Positions 27,121 to 36,028 of a stretch of 64,000 nucleotides of DNA are shown here, piece after piece. The notes beneath the pieces are model-generated. The model searched no databases and was not told where the DNA came from. It saw only the letters and a list, made by a program, of their open reading frames with translations. Each line of letters begins with the position of its first letter. Position 1 is the stretch's first letter. The position numbers and the translations under genes are program-made. Location of the stretch: positions 26,136 to 90,135 of the forward strand of contig JBFMAX010000010.1 of the NCBI GenBank assembly GCA_040755395.1. The letters run 5' to 3'. Source of the stretch: Nitrospirota bacterium. Its GTDB lineage: Bacteria; Nitrospirota; Nitrospiria; Nitrospirales; Nitrospiraceae.

Positions 27121-27807
27121 TCAGGCGGAGATCAGTTGGCGGATTTCGGACGACGGGATGCGGCGGAATTTGCGGCCCTGGCGGGTACGGTCCAAGACGG
27201 CGACTTCCAGCCCTTCCGGCATGAACTTCTGGTTGGCCCCGTGTTCGAGCGCCGCGACACACAGGGAGAGGGCCGCCTTGAGCGTCGGCACCCGGGCGGG
27301 AAACCGCTCTTTCAGGAAATTCTGTAGCGCCTCCGCCCGTCCTCCGATGACGGCGTAGTTGTGTTCGTCGAAGATGCTGCCGTCGAACGAGATGCGGTAG
27401 ATTTCGTTCGGACTCTCGGCCGCGCCGACCTGCACGACGAGGATTTCCACTTCCAACGGCTTCAACTCCTGGCTGAAGATCGTTCCCAAGCTCTGCGAAT
27501 AGCCGTTGGCGAGGGAGCGGGCCGTGACGTCCTCCCGGCTGTACATGTAGCCCTTGAGGTCCGCGTGACGAATGCCCGCCTTCCGCAGGTTTTCGAACTC
27601 GCTGTATTTGCCGGCGCCGGCGAAGGCGATGCTGTCGTAGACTTCGGACACCTTGTGCAGCGACGCGCTCGGATTGTCGGCCGCCAGCAACACCCCATCG
27701 ACATATTCCATCGCGATGATCGACCGGCCTTTGGCGATGCCCTTCTTGGCATACTCCGCCTTGTCCTGCATCATCTGTTCGGGCGAGACGTAGTACGGTA
27801 GCGGCAC
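27121..27807 (-). CDS. prcA: 20S proteasome alpha subunit PrcA
   Basis: (V/M)PLPYYVSPEQMMQDKAEYAKKGIAKGRSIIAMEY. The GTG start lies 2 nt after the prcB stop. Confidence 0.9.
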   Translation of the reverse strand: MPLPYYVSPEQMMQDKAEYAKKGIAKGRSIIAMEYVDGVLLAADNPSASLHKVSEVYDSIAFAGAGKYSEFENLRKAGIRHADLKGYMYSREDVTARSLANGYSQSLGTIFSQELKPLEVEILVVQVGAAESPNEIYRISFDGSIFDEHNYAVIGGRAEALQNFLKERFPARVPTLKAALSLCVAALEHGANQKFMPEGLEVAVLDRTRQGRKFRRIPSSEIRQLISA

Positions 27808-27809
27808 GG

Positions 27810-28628
27810 CTACACTCCACGATTTGCGATCAACTCGTCGTACAGGCCCCGAATCCTCTGCTCCGGCACGTCGGCGATGCCCGCGGCGCTGACGGTCTTG
27901 ACCGTCGGGAAAATCCCCCGGATGAGATCCGGCCCGCCGGTTCCCACGTCTTCATCCGCCGCGTTGTACAGGGCCAGGAGCGCCAGCTTGATGGCTTCGT
28001 CCTCGGAGAGGTTCTTGCGAAAATGCTCCCGCATCGTGTTGCGCGCATCCTTGCCGCCCGAGCCGACGGCGTGATAGTCGGATTCTTCATATCGCCCGCC
28101 GGTAATGTCGTACTTGAAGATCCGCCCCTCCTCCCTGGCGAAGTCGTAGCCGGCGTAGAGCGGCACCACGACGAGGCCCTGGAACACCATCGGCAGGTTG
28201 GCCTTGACCATCTGCCCCAGCTTGTTGGCCTTGCCTTCGCACGAGAGGGGGACGCCCTCCAACTTCTCGTAATGTTCCAGCTCGGTCTGAAACAGCTTGG
28301 CCATCTCGATGCACGGACCGGCGGCGCCCGCGATGGCCATGGCGCTGTGTTCGTCGATCCGGAAGACTTTTTCGATGCGGCGGTCCGCGATCTGAAATCC
28401 CTCGGTGGCCCGCCGATCCCCGGCCATGACGACGCCCTCCCGGTACTTGAGCGCCAGCACCGTCGTGCCCTGAGGGACGGGCAGTGCGGGGCCGCCGCCC
28501 GATGACTCGGGCGCCCGCTCTGTCGCCCGACTACGGCCGTAGATACCGGAGGCGAACTCCGGCCGCTGTTTCATCAACAGGTCGAAGAAACTGGAGTTAT
28601 CGTGGTCAGGGAAAAACGGCAGGTTCAT
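27810..28628 (-). CDS. prcB: 20S proteasome beta subunit PrcB (with propeptide)
   Basis: Propeptide MNLPFFPDHDNSSFFDLLMKQRPEF..., then PQG/TTVLALKY with the catalytic Thr. Confidence 0.9.
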   Translation of the reverse strand: MNLPFFPDHDNSSFFDLLMKQRPEFASGIYGRSRATERAPESSGGGPALPVPQGTTVLALKYREGVVMAGDRRATEGFQIADRRIEKVFRIDEHSAMAIAGAAGPCIEMAKLFQTELEHYEKLEGVPLSCEGKANKLGQMVKANLPMVFQGLVVVPLYAGYDFAREEGRIFKYDITGGRYEESDYHAVGSGGKDARNTMREHFRKNLSEDEAIKLALLALYNAADEDVGTGGPDLIRGIFPTVKTVSAAGIADVPEQRIRGLYDELIANRGV

Positions 28629-28698
28629 CGCGACGAACGACGCTCACTCTTGTCGGGATCGGCGGACAGGGGCCGTGGCAACGGCTTCGTCCGGATCA

Positions 28699-30198
28699 TC
28701 ACGCGGTCAACTTGGCCAGGAGAGACTCCGCCGACCCGCAGCTTTCCAGCAATTCGTACGTCAGAGACTCCGTGCCGCGCAACGGATCCATCAAGGGGAT
28801 CTTTTTGATGGTCGTGTTGCCGACGTCGAAAAGGACCGACGTCCAACTCGCCCCGTAGACGGCCCTGGCATACTTGGTCACGCAGCGGCCCCGGAAGTAG
28901 GCTCTCGTCCCGGTCGGCGGGGTCGACTCCGCTTTGACGATCTCGCTGTCCGGCACCAACCGATCGATCATGTTGCTGCGCTCGAGCGTGTAGTACAGAC
29001 CCTTCTCCCGGCGGATGTCGTGATACTGGAGATCCATGAGACGCACGCGGGGGTCATCCCAGCCGCAACCCTTCCGCTCCATGTAGGAACGGATCATCTG
29101 CCGTTTGGCCACCCAGTCCAGTTCACGGACGAGCAGCATAGGATCGCGCTCCAGCTTATCCAGGACTTCTTCCCAGCGCACGAGGATGTCCTTGGTCACC
29201 TGGGACAGCTCATGACAGGCGAAAAAGTCCATCGCGGCCTTCAGATAGATCCGTTGGATGCCGATCGCCGAGGTCACCCGGCCGTCGGCCAGTTTCAAGG
29301 GTTCTTTCATGTCCAGATCGCGCGAGACTTGCTTGACGGCCTGAACCGGGTCATCGAGTTCCATCGTCGGCAGCTCGGCCCCTCCTTCGATCAGATCCAG
29401 CACGATCGCCGTGGTCCCGACCTTCAGGTAGGTCGGGAGTTCGGCCATGTTGGCGTCGCCGACAATGACGTGTAGGCGGCGATACTTGGCCGGATCGGCG
29501 TGCGGTTCGTCCCGGGTATTGATGATCGGGCGCTTGACCATCGTATTGAGATCGACCAGACATTCGAAGAAATCGGCCCGTTGAGAGATCTGATACTCCG
29601 CCGGCGCGGTCTGATTCTCGGCGCCGACCTTGCCGGAACCCGCGAAGATTTGTCTGGTGACGAGAAACGGGGTCAACACCCGGACGATCCGATCGAACGG
29701 CACCGACCGCGACAGCAGATAGTTCTCATGGTACCCGTAACTGTTTCCTTTGCCGTCGGAGTTGTTTTTGTAGAGGACGAACTGCTCCTTGCCGCGCGCC
29801 TGCGCCATCTCCCGCAGACATTGCTCCATGATGCGTTCGCCCACCCGTTCGAACGCGACCAGTTCCCGGGGATTGGTACACTCGGGTGTGGAATACTCGG
29901 GATGCGCGCCGTCCACATACAGGCGGCCGCCGTTGGCGAGCACCTTGTTCAACTGGCGGTTGTAATCCGGGCTGGGCCGCTCGCGCTCGCCCTCGACCTC
30001 GAAGCCCCGAACGTCGAGCAGCGGATTCTCGTTCTCGTAATCCCAAATCGCCTGGGGCGCGGGTAGCGAGGGATAATGGCCGATCAGATGGAGTGAATTG
30101 GAAACGGGGTCGAGTGCATTCGCATCCCTGGCGGCGATCCCGAATTCTGTTTCTGTACCCAGAACGCGCGGCAAAATCGTCTTTCCTGATCCCTGCAT
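28699..30198 (-). CDS. dop: Depupylase/deamidase Dop
   Basis: LGTETEFG, plus the Dop-specific insertion AIWDYENENPLLDVRGFEVEGER... before GGRLYVDGAHPEYSTPE. 499 aa. Confidence 0.85.
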   Translation of the reverse strand: MQGSGKTILPRVLGTETEFGIAARDANALDPVSNSLHLIGHYPSLPAPQAIWDYENENPLLDVRGFEVEGERERPSPDYNRQLNKVLANGGRLYVDGAHPEYSTPECTNPRELVAFERVGERIMEQCLREMAQARGKEQFVLYKNNSDGKGNSYGYHENYLLSRSVPFDRIVRVLTPFLVTRQIFAGSGKVGAENQTAPAEYQISQRADFFECLVDLNTMVKRPIINTRDEPHADPAKYRRLHVIVGDANMAELPTYLKVGTTAIVLDLIEGGAELPTMELDDPVQAVKQVSRDLDMKEPLKLADGRVTSAIGIQRIYLKAAMDFFACHELSQVTKDILVRWEEVLDKLERDPMLLVRELDWVAKRQMIRSYMERKGCGWDDPRVRLMDLQYHDIRREKGLYYTLERSNMIDRLVPDSEIVKAESTPPTGTRAYFRGRCVTKYARAVYGASWTSVLFDVGNTTIKKIPLMDPLRGTESLTYELLESCGSAESLLAKLTA

Positions 30199-30213
30199 GG
30201 AGTCAAGCAGAAC

Positions 30214-31977
30214 TCAGAGGTAGTGCCCCGTGCTGATGGTTTCAATTTGCCGGGACTCCGCGGGACCTCCGCTGATAGTCCGGACATGGACGATCTTTTC
30301 GCCTTTCTTGCCGGCGATCTTGGCCCAATCGTCGGGGTTGGTCGTGTTGGGAAGATCCTCGTGTTCCTTGAACTCTTCGCGGATCGCCCGTATGAGATCC
30401 TCCGACCGGATTCCCCTTCCCTCCTGAGCGATGGCCCGCTTCACCGCGTACTTCTTGGCTCGGGAGACGATCCCCTCGATCAGGGCGCCGCTCGCAAAGT
30501 CCTTGAAATAGAGAATTTCTTTCTCGCCGTTGGCATAAGTCACTTCGATGAATTTGTTCTCTTCGGATGTGGCGTACATCGCGTCCACCGTCGTACCGAT
30601 CAACGATTCCACGAGCGCACGGGCGTCGCCGCCGTGACGCTGTAACTCGTCCTGGTCGAACGGCAGATCGGGAGTGACATACTTCGAAAAGATGTCGCGG
30701 GCGGCCGTGGCGTCAGGGCGCGAGACCTTCACCTTCACATCCAACCGGCCGGCGCGCAGGACCGCCGGATCGATGAGATCCTGCCGGTTGCTGGCTCCGA
30801 TCACGATGACGTTGCGCAGCCGCTCCACGCCGTCGATTTCGGAGAGGAACTGCGGCACGATCGTCGATTCGACATCCGACGAGATGCCGGTGCCGCGGGT
30901 GCGGAACAGCGCGTCCATTTCATCGAAGAAGACGATGACCGGGTGACCTTCCGAGGCCCGTTCCTTCGCCTTCTTAAACACCTCCCGGACCTGCCGCTCC
31001 GACTCGCCGACGTACTTGTTCAGCAGCTCCGGTCCCTTCACATGCAGGAAGTAGCTGCGGATCTGCTTGCCGGTGAGGTGTCCCAGTTTCTTGGCGATGG
31101 AGTTCGCGACCGCTTTCGCGATGAGCGTCTTGCCGCACCCGGGAGGCCCGTAGAGCAGCACCCCCTTCGGCGCGCTGAGCTTGTATTCGGCGAACAACTG
31201 CGGGTGCAAGAACGGCAACTCGACCGCGTCCCGAACCTGTTCAATTTCCTTCTGGAGCCCGCCGATGTGGCTGTAGTCCACATCCGGCACTTCCTCCAGC
31301 ACCAACTCCTCCGCCTCGGACTTGGGGAGTTTCTCGATCACATACCCGGAGCGCGGGTCATAGAGCAGATGATCGCCGACGCTGAGCCGTTCGTTCGTGA
31401 GCGGATCGCCCAGCTCCGCGACTTTCTCCTCGTCGAAATGCAGCGTGACGAGCGCACGGTTGCCCTCGATGACGTCCTTTAGCCGCACCACTTCCCCCTG
31501 GCCGTCGAACCCGCGTGCTTCGATGACGTTCAGCGCTTCGTTCAGGATCACTTCCTGCCCTTTGCGCAACTCCTTGCTCTTGATCGACGGATGAATGCTG
31601 ACCTTCATCTTCCGGCCGGACACGTACACGTTTGCCGTGCCGTCTTTGTTCACGCTCGAGAAGATGGCGTAGGTGGAGGGCGGCGCGGTGAGTTTGTCCA
31701 CTTCGGCCCGCAACGCTTCGATCTGAGCCTTCGCTTCCTGCAGCGTGGCGGCCAGTTTTTCATTTTGCCTGGTGGCTTGCTCGAGTTGATAACGGGACTG
31801 ATAGAGGCGGCGCAGCTCCTCCTCCATCGACTGGATCTGGACGCGGAGTTTTTCGACTTCGCGAAGGTGCTCGTCGTTCTTATGCATGGCCTCCAAATCT
31901 CCGTCGGACAAACGCTTTGTAATTTTCTTCACGGAATCGCGGAGGGACCGCAGTCGGCTCCCCTTGGACTCGGCCAT
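30214..31977 (-). CDS. arc: Proteasome-associated AAA ATPase Arc/Mpa
   Basis: N-terminal coiled coil, Walker A GPPGCGKT, Walker [10 protein letters not shown]. The C-terminus ...TGHYL fits the Mpa GQYL-type docking motif. Confidence 0.9.
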   Translation of the reverse strand: MAESKGSRLRSLRDSVKKITKRLSDGDLEAMHKNDEHLREVEKLRVQIQSMEEELRRLYQSRYQLEQATRQNEKLAATLQEAKAQIEALRAEVDKLTAPPSTYAIFSSVNKDGTANVYVSGRKMKVSIHPSIKSKELRKGQEVILNEALNVIEARGFDGQGEVVRLKDVIEGNRALVTLHFDEEKVAELGDPLTNERLSVGDHLLYDPRSGYVIEKLPKSEAEELVLEEVPDVDYSHIGGLQKEIEQVRDAVELPFLHPQLFAEYKLSAPKGVLLYGPPGCGKTLIAKAVANSIAKKLGHLTGKQIRSYFLHVKGPELLNKYVGESERQVREVFKKAKERASEGHPVIVFFDEMDALFRTRGTGISSDVESTIVPQFLSEIDGVERLRNVIVIGASNRQDLIDPAVLRAGRLDVKVKVSRPDATAARDIFSKYVTPDLPFDQDELQRHGGDARALVESLIGTTVDAMYATSEENKFIEVTYANGEKEILYFKDFASGALIEGIVSRAKKYAVKRAIAQEGRGIRSEDLIRAIREEFKEHEDLPNTTNPDDWAKIAGKKGEKIVHVRTISGGPAESRQIETISTGHYL

Positions 31978-32037
31978 TGCAGCACTGTTTCGATCGCTCG
32001 AAACCCTTACCAGATCACGATGCGCGAATCTGTCGCG

Positions 32038-32066
32038 ATTCTATCATCCGCTTCCCACACGGTCAA
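32038..32066 (-). promoter_or_regulatory. Sigma70-type promoter of the arc-dop-prcBA-pafA operon
   Basis: Minus strand TTGACC-17 nt-TAGAAT. The ~55-nt leader contains the hairpin gtttcga-GCGA-tcgaaac (31987-32004). Confidence 0.5.
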
Positions 32067-32185
32067 CTGCGCCGCGTAACGGCGCGATGGAATCAGCGCG
32101 CGCCGCGCAGCGCGACTCACTCCTTCCCGCCACGCCGGAGTATGACCGGCCGCGCAGAAGCGAGACCCGCATCCGTCGCTCGCCT

Positions 32186-32818
32186 TCACACCGAAGATGT
32201 CACGGCGTTCGCGAGCCGACGGACGGCATCGCCGACATCTTCGGCTCCGAGCACGGCTGAAATGACCGCGACGCCGAATGCGCCGGCCCGCCGGACTTCA
32301 GACGCCCGCGGCGGCGTGATGCCTCCGATGGCAAAGACCGGAATCCGACACCGACGGCAGGCGTCCTCGAGCGTCCCGATCCCGATCGGCGGTCCGTACC
32401 CGCGCTTCGACGGCGTGTCGTAGATCGGGCCGAGCACGGCGAAGTCGGCGCCGTCGGCCTCGGCCCGCACCGCCTCGTCGGCCGAATGAGTCGAGACGCC
32501 GATCAACCGCTCCGGTCCCAGGATCCGGCGCGCGGCGGCCACCGGCAGGCTGCTGGCCCGCAGATGCACGCCCGCGGCTTCCACCACGTTCACAAGATCG
32601 ACGCGGTCGTTGATGAATAATTTCGCTCCACGCTCCCGAGTGAGCGTATGGACTTCTTGTGCGAGTGCGAGAAGCGCGCGCGTGCCGAGGTCCCGCTCCC
32701 GCAACTGAACCGCGGACACTCCCGCGTCGATCGCCTGACTGAGCAGAGGAACCAGGGGACGACCGCCGGTCTGCAGGCGGTCGGTGAGCAGATAGAGGCG
32801 GAAATCAACGGAAGGCAT
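32186..32818 (-). CDS. thiE: Thiamine-phosphate synthase ThiE
   Basis: MPSVDFRLYLLTDR...AVQLRERD...INDRVDL...FAIGGI. ATG 32860 (track start) adds 14 residues encoded by a repeat arm. Confidence 0.85.
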   Translation of the reverse strand: MPSVDFRLYLLTDRLQTGGRPLVPLLSQAIDAGVSAVQLRERDLGTRALLALAQEVHTLTRERGAKLFINDRVDLVNVVEAAGVHLRASSLPVAAARRILGPERLIGVSTHSADEAVRAEADGADFAVLGPIYDTPSKRGYGPPIGIGTLEDACRRCRIPVFAIGGITPPRASEVRRAGAFGVAVISAVLGAEDVGDAVRRLANAVTSSV

Positions 32819-32827
32819 GAGAGACAC

Positions 32828-32906
32828 GCGAGGTGTCAGGGGTTGGGCGTGAGGTGACATTCCAGCTTCCTCTCACGCCTAACGCCTTACGCTTCACGCT
32901 TCACGA
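32828..32906. repeat. Heptamer-periodic inverted repeat array (GYGAGGT / YTNACGC)
   Basis: Left arm gcgaggt gtcaggg gttgggc gtgaggt. Right arm ctcacgc ctaacgc cttacgc ttcacgc ttcacga. Confidence 0.75.
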
Positions 32907-32910
32907 GGGG

Positions 32911-33705
32911 TCACAGCATGCCTTCGATCGGGCTGCTGGCGGTGGCGTACAGCTTTCTGGGGATCCGTCCGGCCTTATAGGCCAACCGGCCGGCATGAAC
33001 GGCGTATTTCATCGCTTCGGCCATCACGATCGGATCTTTGGCGCCGGCGATCGCCGTGTTCATCAACACCGCATCGGCGCCGTATTCCATCGCCAAGGCG
33101 GCGTCTGACGCCGTCCCGACCCCGGCGTCGACGATCACGGGCACGTTCACCGTTTCCAAGATGATCTTGAGATTGTAGGGATTCCTGATGCCGAGCCCGG
33201 ACCCGATCGGCGCGGCGAGCGGCATGACGGCGGGGCATCCGATATCCACCAGTTTCTTGGCCACGACCGGATCGTCGTTGGTATAAGGCAACACGATGAA
33301 TCCTTCTTGAATGAGAATCTTGGCCGCTTCGATCAACCCGGCCGTGTCGGGAAACAACGTCCGTTCGTCCCCGATCACCTCCAGCTTCACCAGGTCAGAG
33401 ACCCCGGCGGCTCTGGCCAAGCGCGCGTACCGTACCGCGTCCTCAACCGTATAACAGCCGGCCGTATTCGGAAGAATCGTGTATTTCTTCGGGTCCAGAT
33501 AGTCGAGCAAGTTTTCCTTCGACCGATCGGTGATGTTGACCCGTCGCACCGCGACCGTCACCACGTCGGCTCCGGACACCTCGATGGCTTTCTGCGTTTC
33601 GATGAAGTCCTTGTACTTCCCGGTCCCGACCCAGAGTCGCGACTTGAATTCACGGCCGGCGATGATAAGCCGGTCACCTCGGTCTTCTGATCGCATGATT
33701 TTCAC
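32911..33705 (-). CDS. thiG: Thiazole synthase ThiG
   Basis: [19 protein letters not shown]...VLPYTNDDP...[13 protein letters not shown]. Confidence 0.95.
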   Translation of the reverse strand: MKIMRSEDRGDRLIIAGREFKSRLWVGTGKYKDFIETQKAIEVSGADVVTVAVRRVNITDRSKENLLDYLDPKKYTILPNTAGCYTVEDAVRYARLARAAGVSDLVKLEVIGDERTLFPDTAGLIEAAKILIQEGFIVLPYTNDDPVVAKKLVDIGCPAVMPLAAPIGSGLGIRNPYNLKIILETVNVPVIVDAGVGTASDAALAMEYGADAVLMNTAIAGAKDPIVMAEAMKYAVHAGRLAYKAGRIPRKLYATASSPIEGML

Positions 33706-33736
33706 CTGTTCATGTTCGCATTATTAGGTACAGTAA

Positions 33737-33818
33737 CGTTCAGCGTTCAGCTTTCAGCAATCAGCCGTCAGCGCAAATCCCATCCGCTGAGTGCCGACCG
33801 CTGATGACTGACTGCTCC
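33737..33818. repeat. Heptamer-periodic inverted repeat array (nnnTCAG / CTGAnnn family)
   Basis: Left arm cgttcag cgttcag ctttcag caatcag ccgtcag. Right arm ccgctga gtgccga ccgctga tgactga ctgctcc. It overlaps the 3' end of the thiS ORF. Confidence 0.85.
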
Positions 33819-34028
33819 CCCTCCGATAAAGCTGATGATTTCCACGCGATCGCCGTGCTGCAACCCGCGGCGTTCGAACTCCTGCCGGTCCACTATCTCA
33901 AGGTTCACTTCGACGGCTACCCGATCCGGCCTGATGGCGAGTTCGCGCAGCAAGTCGGCCACCGTTTGCCCGGAATTCACCCTGCGCACCTCGCCGTTTA
34001 CCCGGATTTCAATGTCTGCATCCGTCAT
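33768..34028 (-). CDS. thiS: Sulfur carrier protein ThiS with a 15-residue extension after the GGG terminus
   Basis: MTDADIEIRVNGEVRRV...GDRVEIISFIGGG (71 aa), then AVSHQRSALSGWDLR before TGA 33768-33770. Confidence 0.8.
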   Translation of the reverse strand: MTDADIEIRVNGEVRRVNSGQTVADLLRELAIRPDRVAVEVNLEIVDRQEFERRGLQHGDRVEIISFIGGGAVSHQRSALSGWDLR

Positions 34029-34041
34029 GGACCGTCGTGTA

Positions 34042-34071
34042 ATCCTAGGTGACGCGCAAACCGCTTGTCAA
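34042..34071 (-). promoter_or_regulatory. Sigma70-type promoter of thiS-thiG-thiE
   Basis: Minus strand TTGACA-18 nt-TAGGAT, ending 13 nt before the thiS ATG. Confidence 0.45.
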
Positions 34072-34159
34072 CAAACAGGCGGGCTGGAAGGACGACCGAC
34101 TATCCGCTAGGATAGGGAGCCATTACGACCTTCCACATACGCGTGAAGATCTCCACATC

Positions 34160-34621
34160 ATGTCGGAGAACAACCGTCGGCTCAGTTCACTGTTCCATTC
34201 GATCGCGGACCTACTCGCCGCGCATCGGGCGAACCCGTATCGAATCCGGGCGTACCGTCGCGCCGCCGACTCGGTCGCCGCTCTCCATGAAGACATCGCG
34301 GACATCGCGCAGCGGGGAGAGTTGAAGGAAATACCGGGGATCGGTCGAGACCTGGCGGCGAAGATCCGTGAATACCTTGCCACCGGCGCGATCCGGTCGT
34401 ACGAGGATCTGAAAACCCCTTTGCCGGACGAGGTCGCCGATTGGTCAACGTTGCCGGGACTGTCGGAATCGGCGGTCAGTTATCTCTATTTCCGTCTGGG
34501 GATTCGGACGCTGGCCGATCTCGAATCCCTGGTCCGGTCCCATCTGCTGCGGACACTTCCCGGCCTGACCGTGCGGGAAGAGGAGTTGCTGAACGCCATC
34601 CGGGCGCGCCGACTGGACTGA
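34160..34621 (+). CDS. Stand-alone helix-hairpin-helix protein resembling the PolX N-terminal (8 kDa + fingers) region
   Basis: MSENNRRLSSLFHSIADLLAAHRANPYRIRAYRRAADSV...LKEIPGIGRDLAAKIREYL...LPGL. 153 aa with no palm or PHP domains. Confidence 0.6.
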   Translation: MSENNRRLSSLFHSIADLLAAHRANPYRIRAYRRAADSVAALHEDIADIAQRGELKEIPGIGRDLAAKIREYLATGAIRSYEDLKTPLPDEVADWSTLPGLSESAVSYLYFRLGIRTLADLESLVRSHLLRTLPGLTVREEELLNAIRARRLD

Positions 34622-34655
34622 CGCGAACCGGCGGCAGCCTATCCTCGCGCCCGCC

Positions 34656-36008
34656 TCAGGTGGACGGTCGCAGCTCTTTGAAGATCTTCCAAGTCTTGAG
34701 CAACTCGACGGCCTTCTGGAGCTGCACGTCATCTTCCAGGGAAGTTTCCGTGCCGGGGTCTTGGCCGGGGTTCGACCCCCCCGAGCCGTTCTTGCGCGTC
34801 GGATCGTCGGGTGTTTTTGGTTGGGGCAGCGATTCTTTGCCCGCGGAGGGCTTCGCTTTGGGGTTCCCCTCCTCCTTCTCGGAGGCCTTGGCCACCGTCG
34901 TCGGCTGCGGCTTCACGATGATGTCGGGCGTAATCCCGGTCGACTGGATGGATCGTCCCTTCGGCGTATAGTACTTCGCAGTGGTGAGCCGCAACCCCGA
35001 TCCGTCCCCGAGCGGCAGAATGGTCTGGACCGAACCCTTGCCGAACGTGGTGGTCCCCACGATGACCGCCCGCCCCCAGTCCTGGAGCGCGCCGGCCACG
35101 ATCTCCGAGGCGCTGGCTGAGCCCTCGTTCACGAGCACGATCATCGGAGAGTCGTCGATCGGCTCCTTGATCCGGGAAAAATATTCGTCCTTGCGCCCAT
35201 CGCGCCCTTTGATATAGACGATCAATTTGCCGTTGCCCACGAATTGCTCGGAGACGTCCACGGCCGTCGTCAGCAACCCGCCGGGATTGTTCCGCAGATC
35301 GAGAATGGTGGACTGCAGCTTCTGCTCCCGGAACTGCTTGAGGACACGGCTCAGGTCTTTCGCCGTCGATTCCTGAAACTGCGTCAAGCGGATATAGCCG
35401 ATGTTGTTGTCGATGACCTTGGACTTCACGCTTTCGATTTTGATGATATCCCGGACCAACGTGAACACCAACGGGTCCTGGACGCCGTCGCGCTGGATCG
35501 TCAAGCTGACTTTCGTCCCCTTGGGCCCGCGCATTTTCTGCACGGCGTCCATCAGCGTCAGATCCTTGGTCGGCTCGTCGTTCACCTTGGTGATGAAATC
35601 GCCGGCCTTGATGCCGGCCCGATAAGCGGGAGTCCCTTCGATCGGGGCGATCACCGCCAGGCGGTTGTCTTTCACCCCGATCTGGATGCCGACCCCGCCG
35701 AACTCGCCTTTGGTCTCGACCTGCATCTCCTTGTACATTTCGGGCGTCATGTAGGCCGAGTGCGGGTCCAGTGTGGCAAGCATGCCGCGGATGGCGCCCT
35801 GCACCAAGTCCTTGACTTTCGTTTCTTCGACATAGTGTTTCTGAATCTGGGTCAGCACTTCGGAGAAGGTCTTCAACTCCTCATAGGTCTCCGTGGCGTG
35901 GCCGGTCCGTTCCCAGCCTTTCCCGATCAGCACACCCATTAAGAGTGCGACCACGACCATTGGCCCCAGATACCAAGATCGACGCCGCAGTTGCTGTTCC
36001 ATAGTCAT
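34656..36008 (-). CDS. ctpA: Carboxy-terminal processing (S41) protease
   Basis: TM anchor, PDZ domain, VLVNEGSASASEIVAGALQD and TFGKGSVQ motifs. ATG 36008. Confidence 0.9.
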   Translation of the reverse strand: MTMEQQLRRRSWYLGPMVVVALLMGVLIGKGWERTGHATETYEELKTFSEVLTQIQKHYVEETKVKDLVQGAIRGMLATLDPHSAYMTPEMYKEMQVETKGEFGGVGIQIGVKDNRLAVIAPIEGTPAYRAGIKAGDFITKVNDEPTKDLTLMDAVQKMRGPKGTKVSLTIQRDGVQDPLVFTLVRDIIKIESVKSKVIDNNIGYIRLTQFQESTAKDLSRVLKQFREQKLQSTILDLRNNPGGLLTTAVDVSEQFVGNGKLIVYIKGRDGRKDEYFSRIKEPIDDSPMIVLVNEGSASASEIVAGALQDWGRAVIVGTTTFGKGSVQTILPLGDGSGLRLTTAKYYTPKGRSIQSTGITPDIIVKPQPTTVAKASEKEEGNPKAKPSAGKESLPQPKTPDDPTRKNGSGGSNPGQDPGTETSLEDDVQLQKAVELLKTWKIFKELRPST

Positions 36009-36028
36009 GTGTTCCTTTCCCTTGAAGG

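Noticed and set aside
28625-28846. 73-aa ORF (TTG start) considered as the missing Pup/UBact gene
   Set aside because: Two thirds of it overlaps the well-conserved Dop C-terminus in another frame. It is basic rather than Pup-like. It ends ...ERRSSR, without the C-terminal G-[EQ] needed for ligation.
34029-34160. TPP riboswitch upstream of thiS
   Set aside because: No CUGAGA or ACCUGAUCUGGAUAAUGCCAGCG-like core was seen on the minus strand, and the promoter leaves almost no leader.
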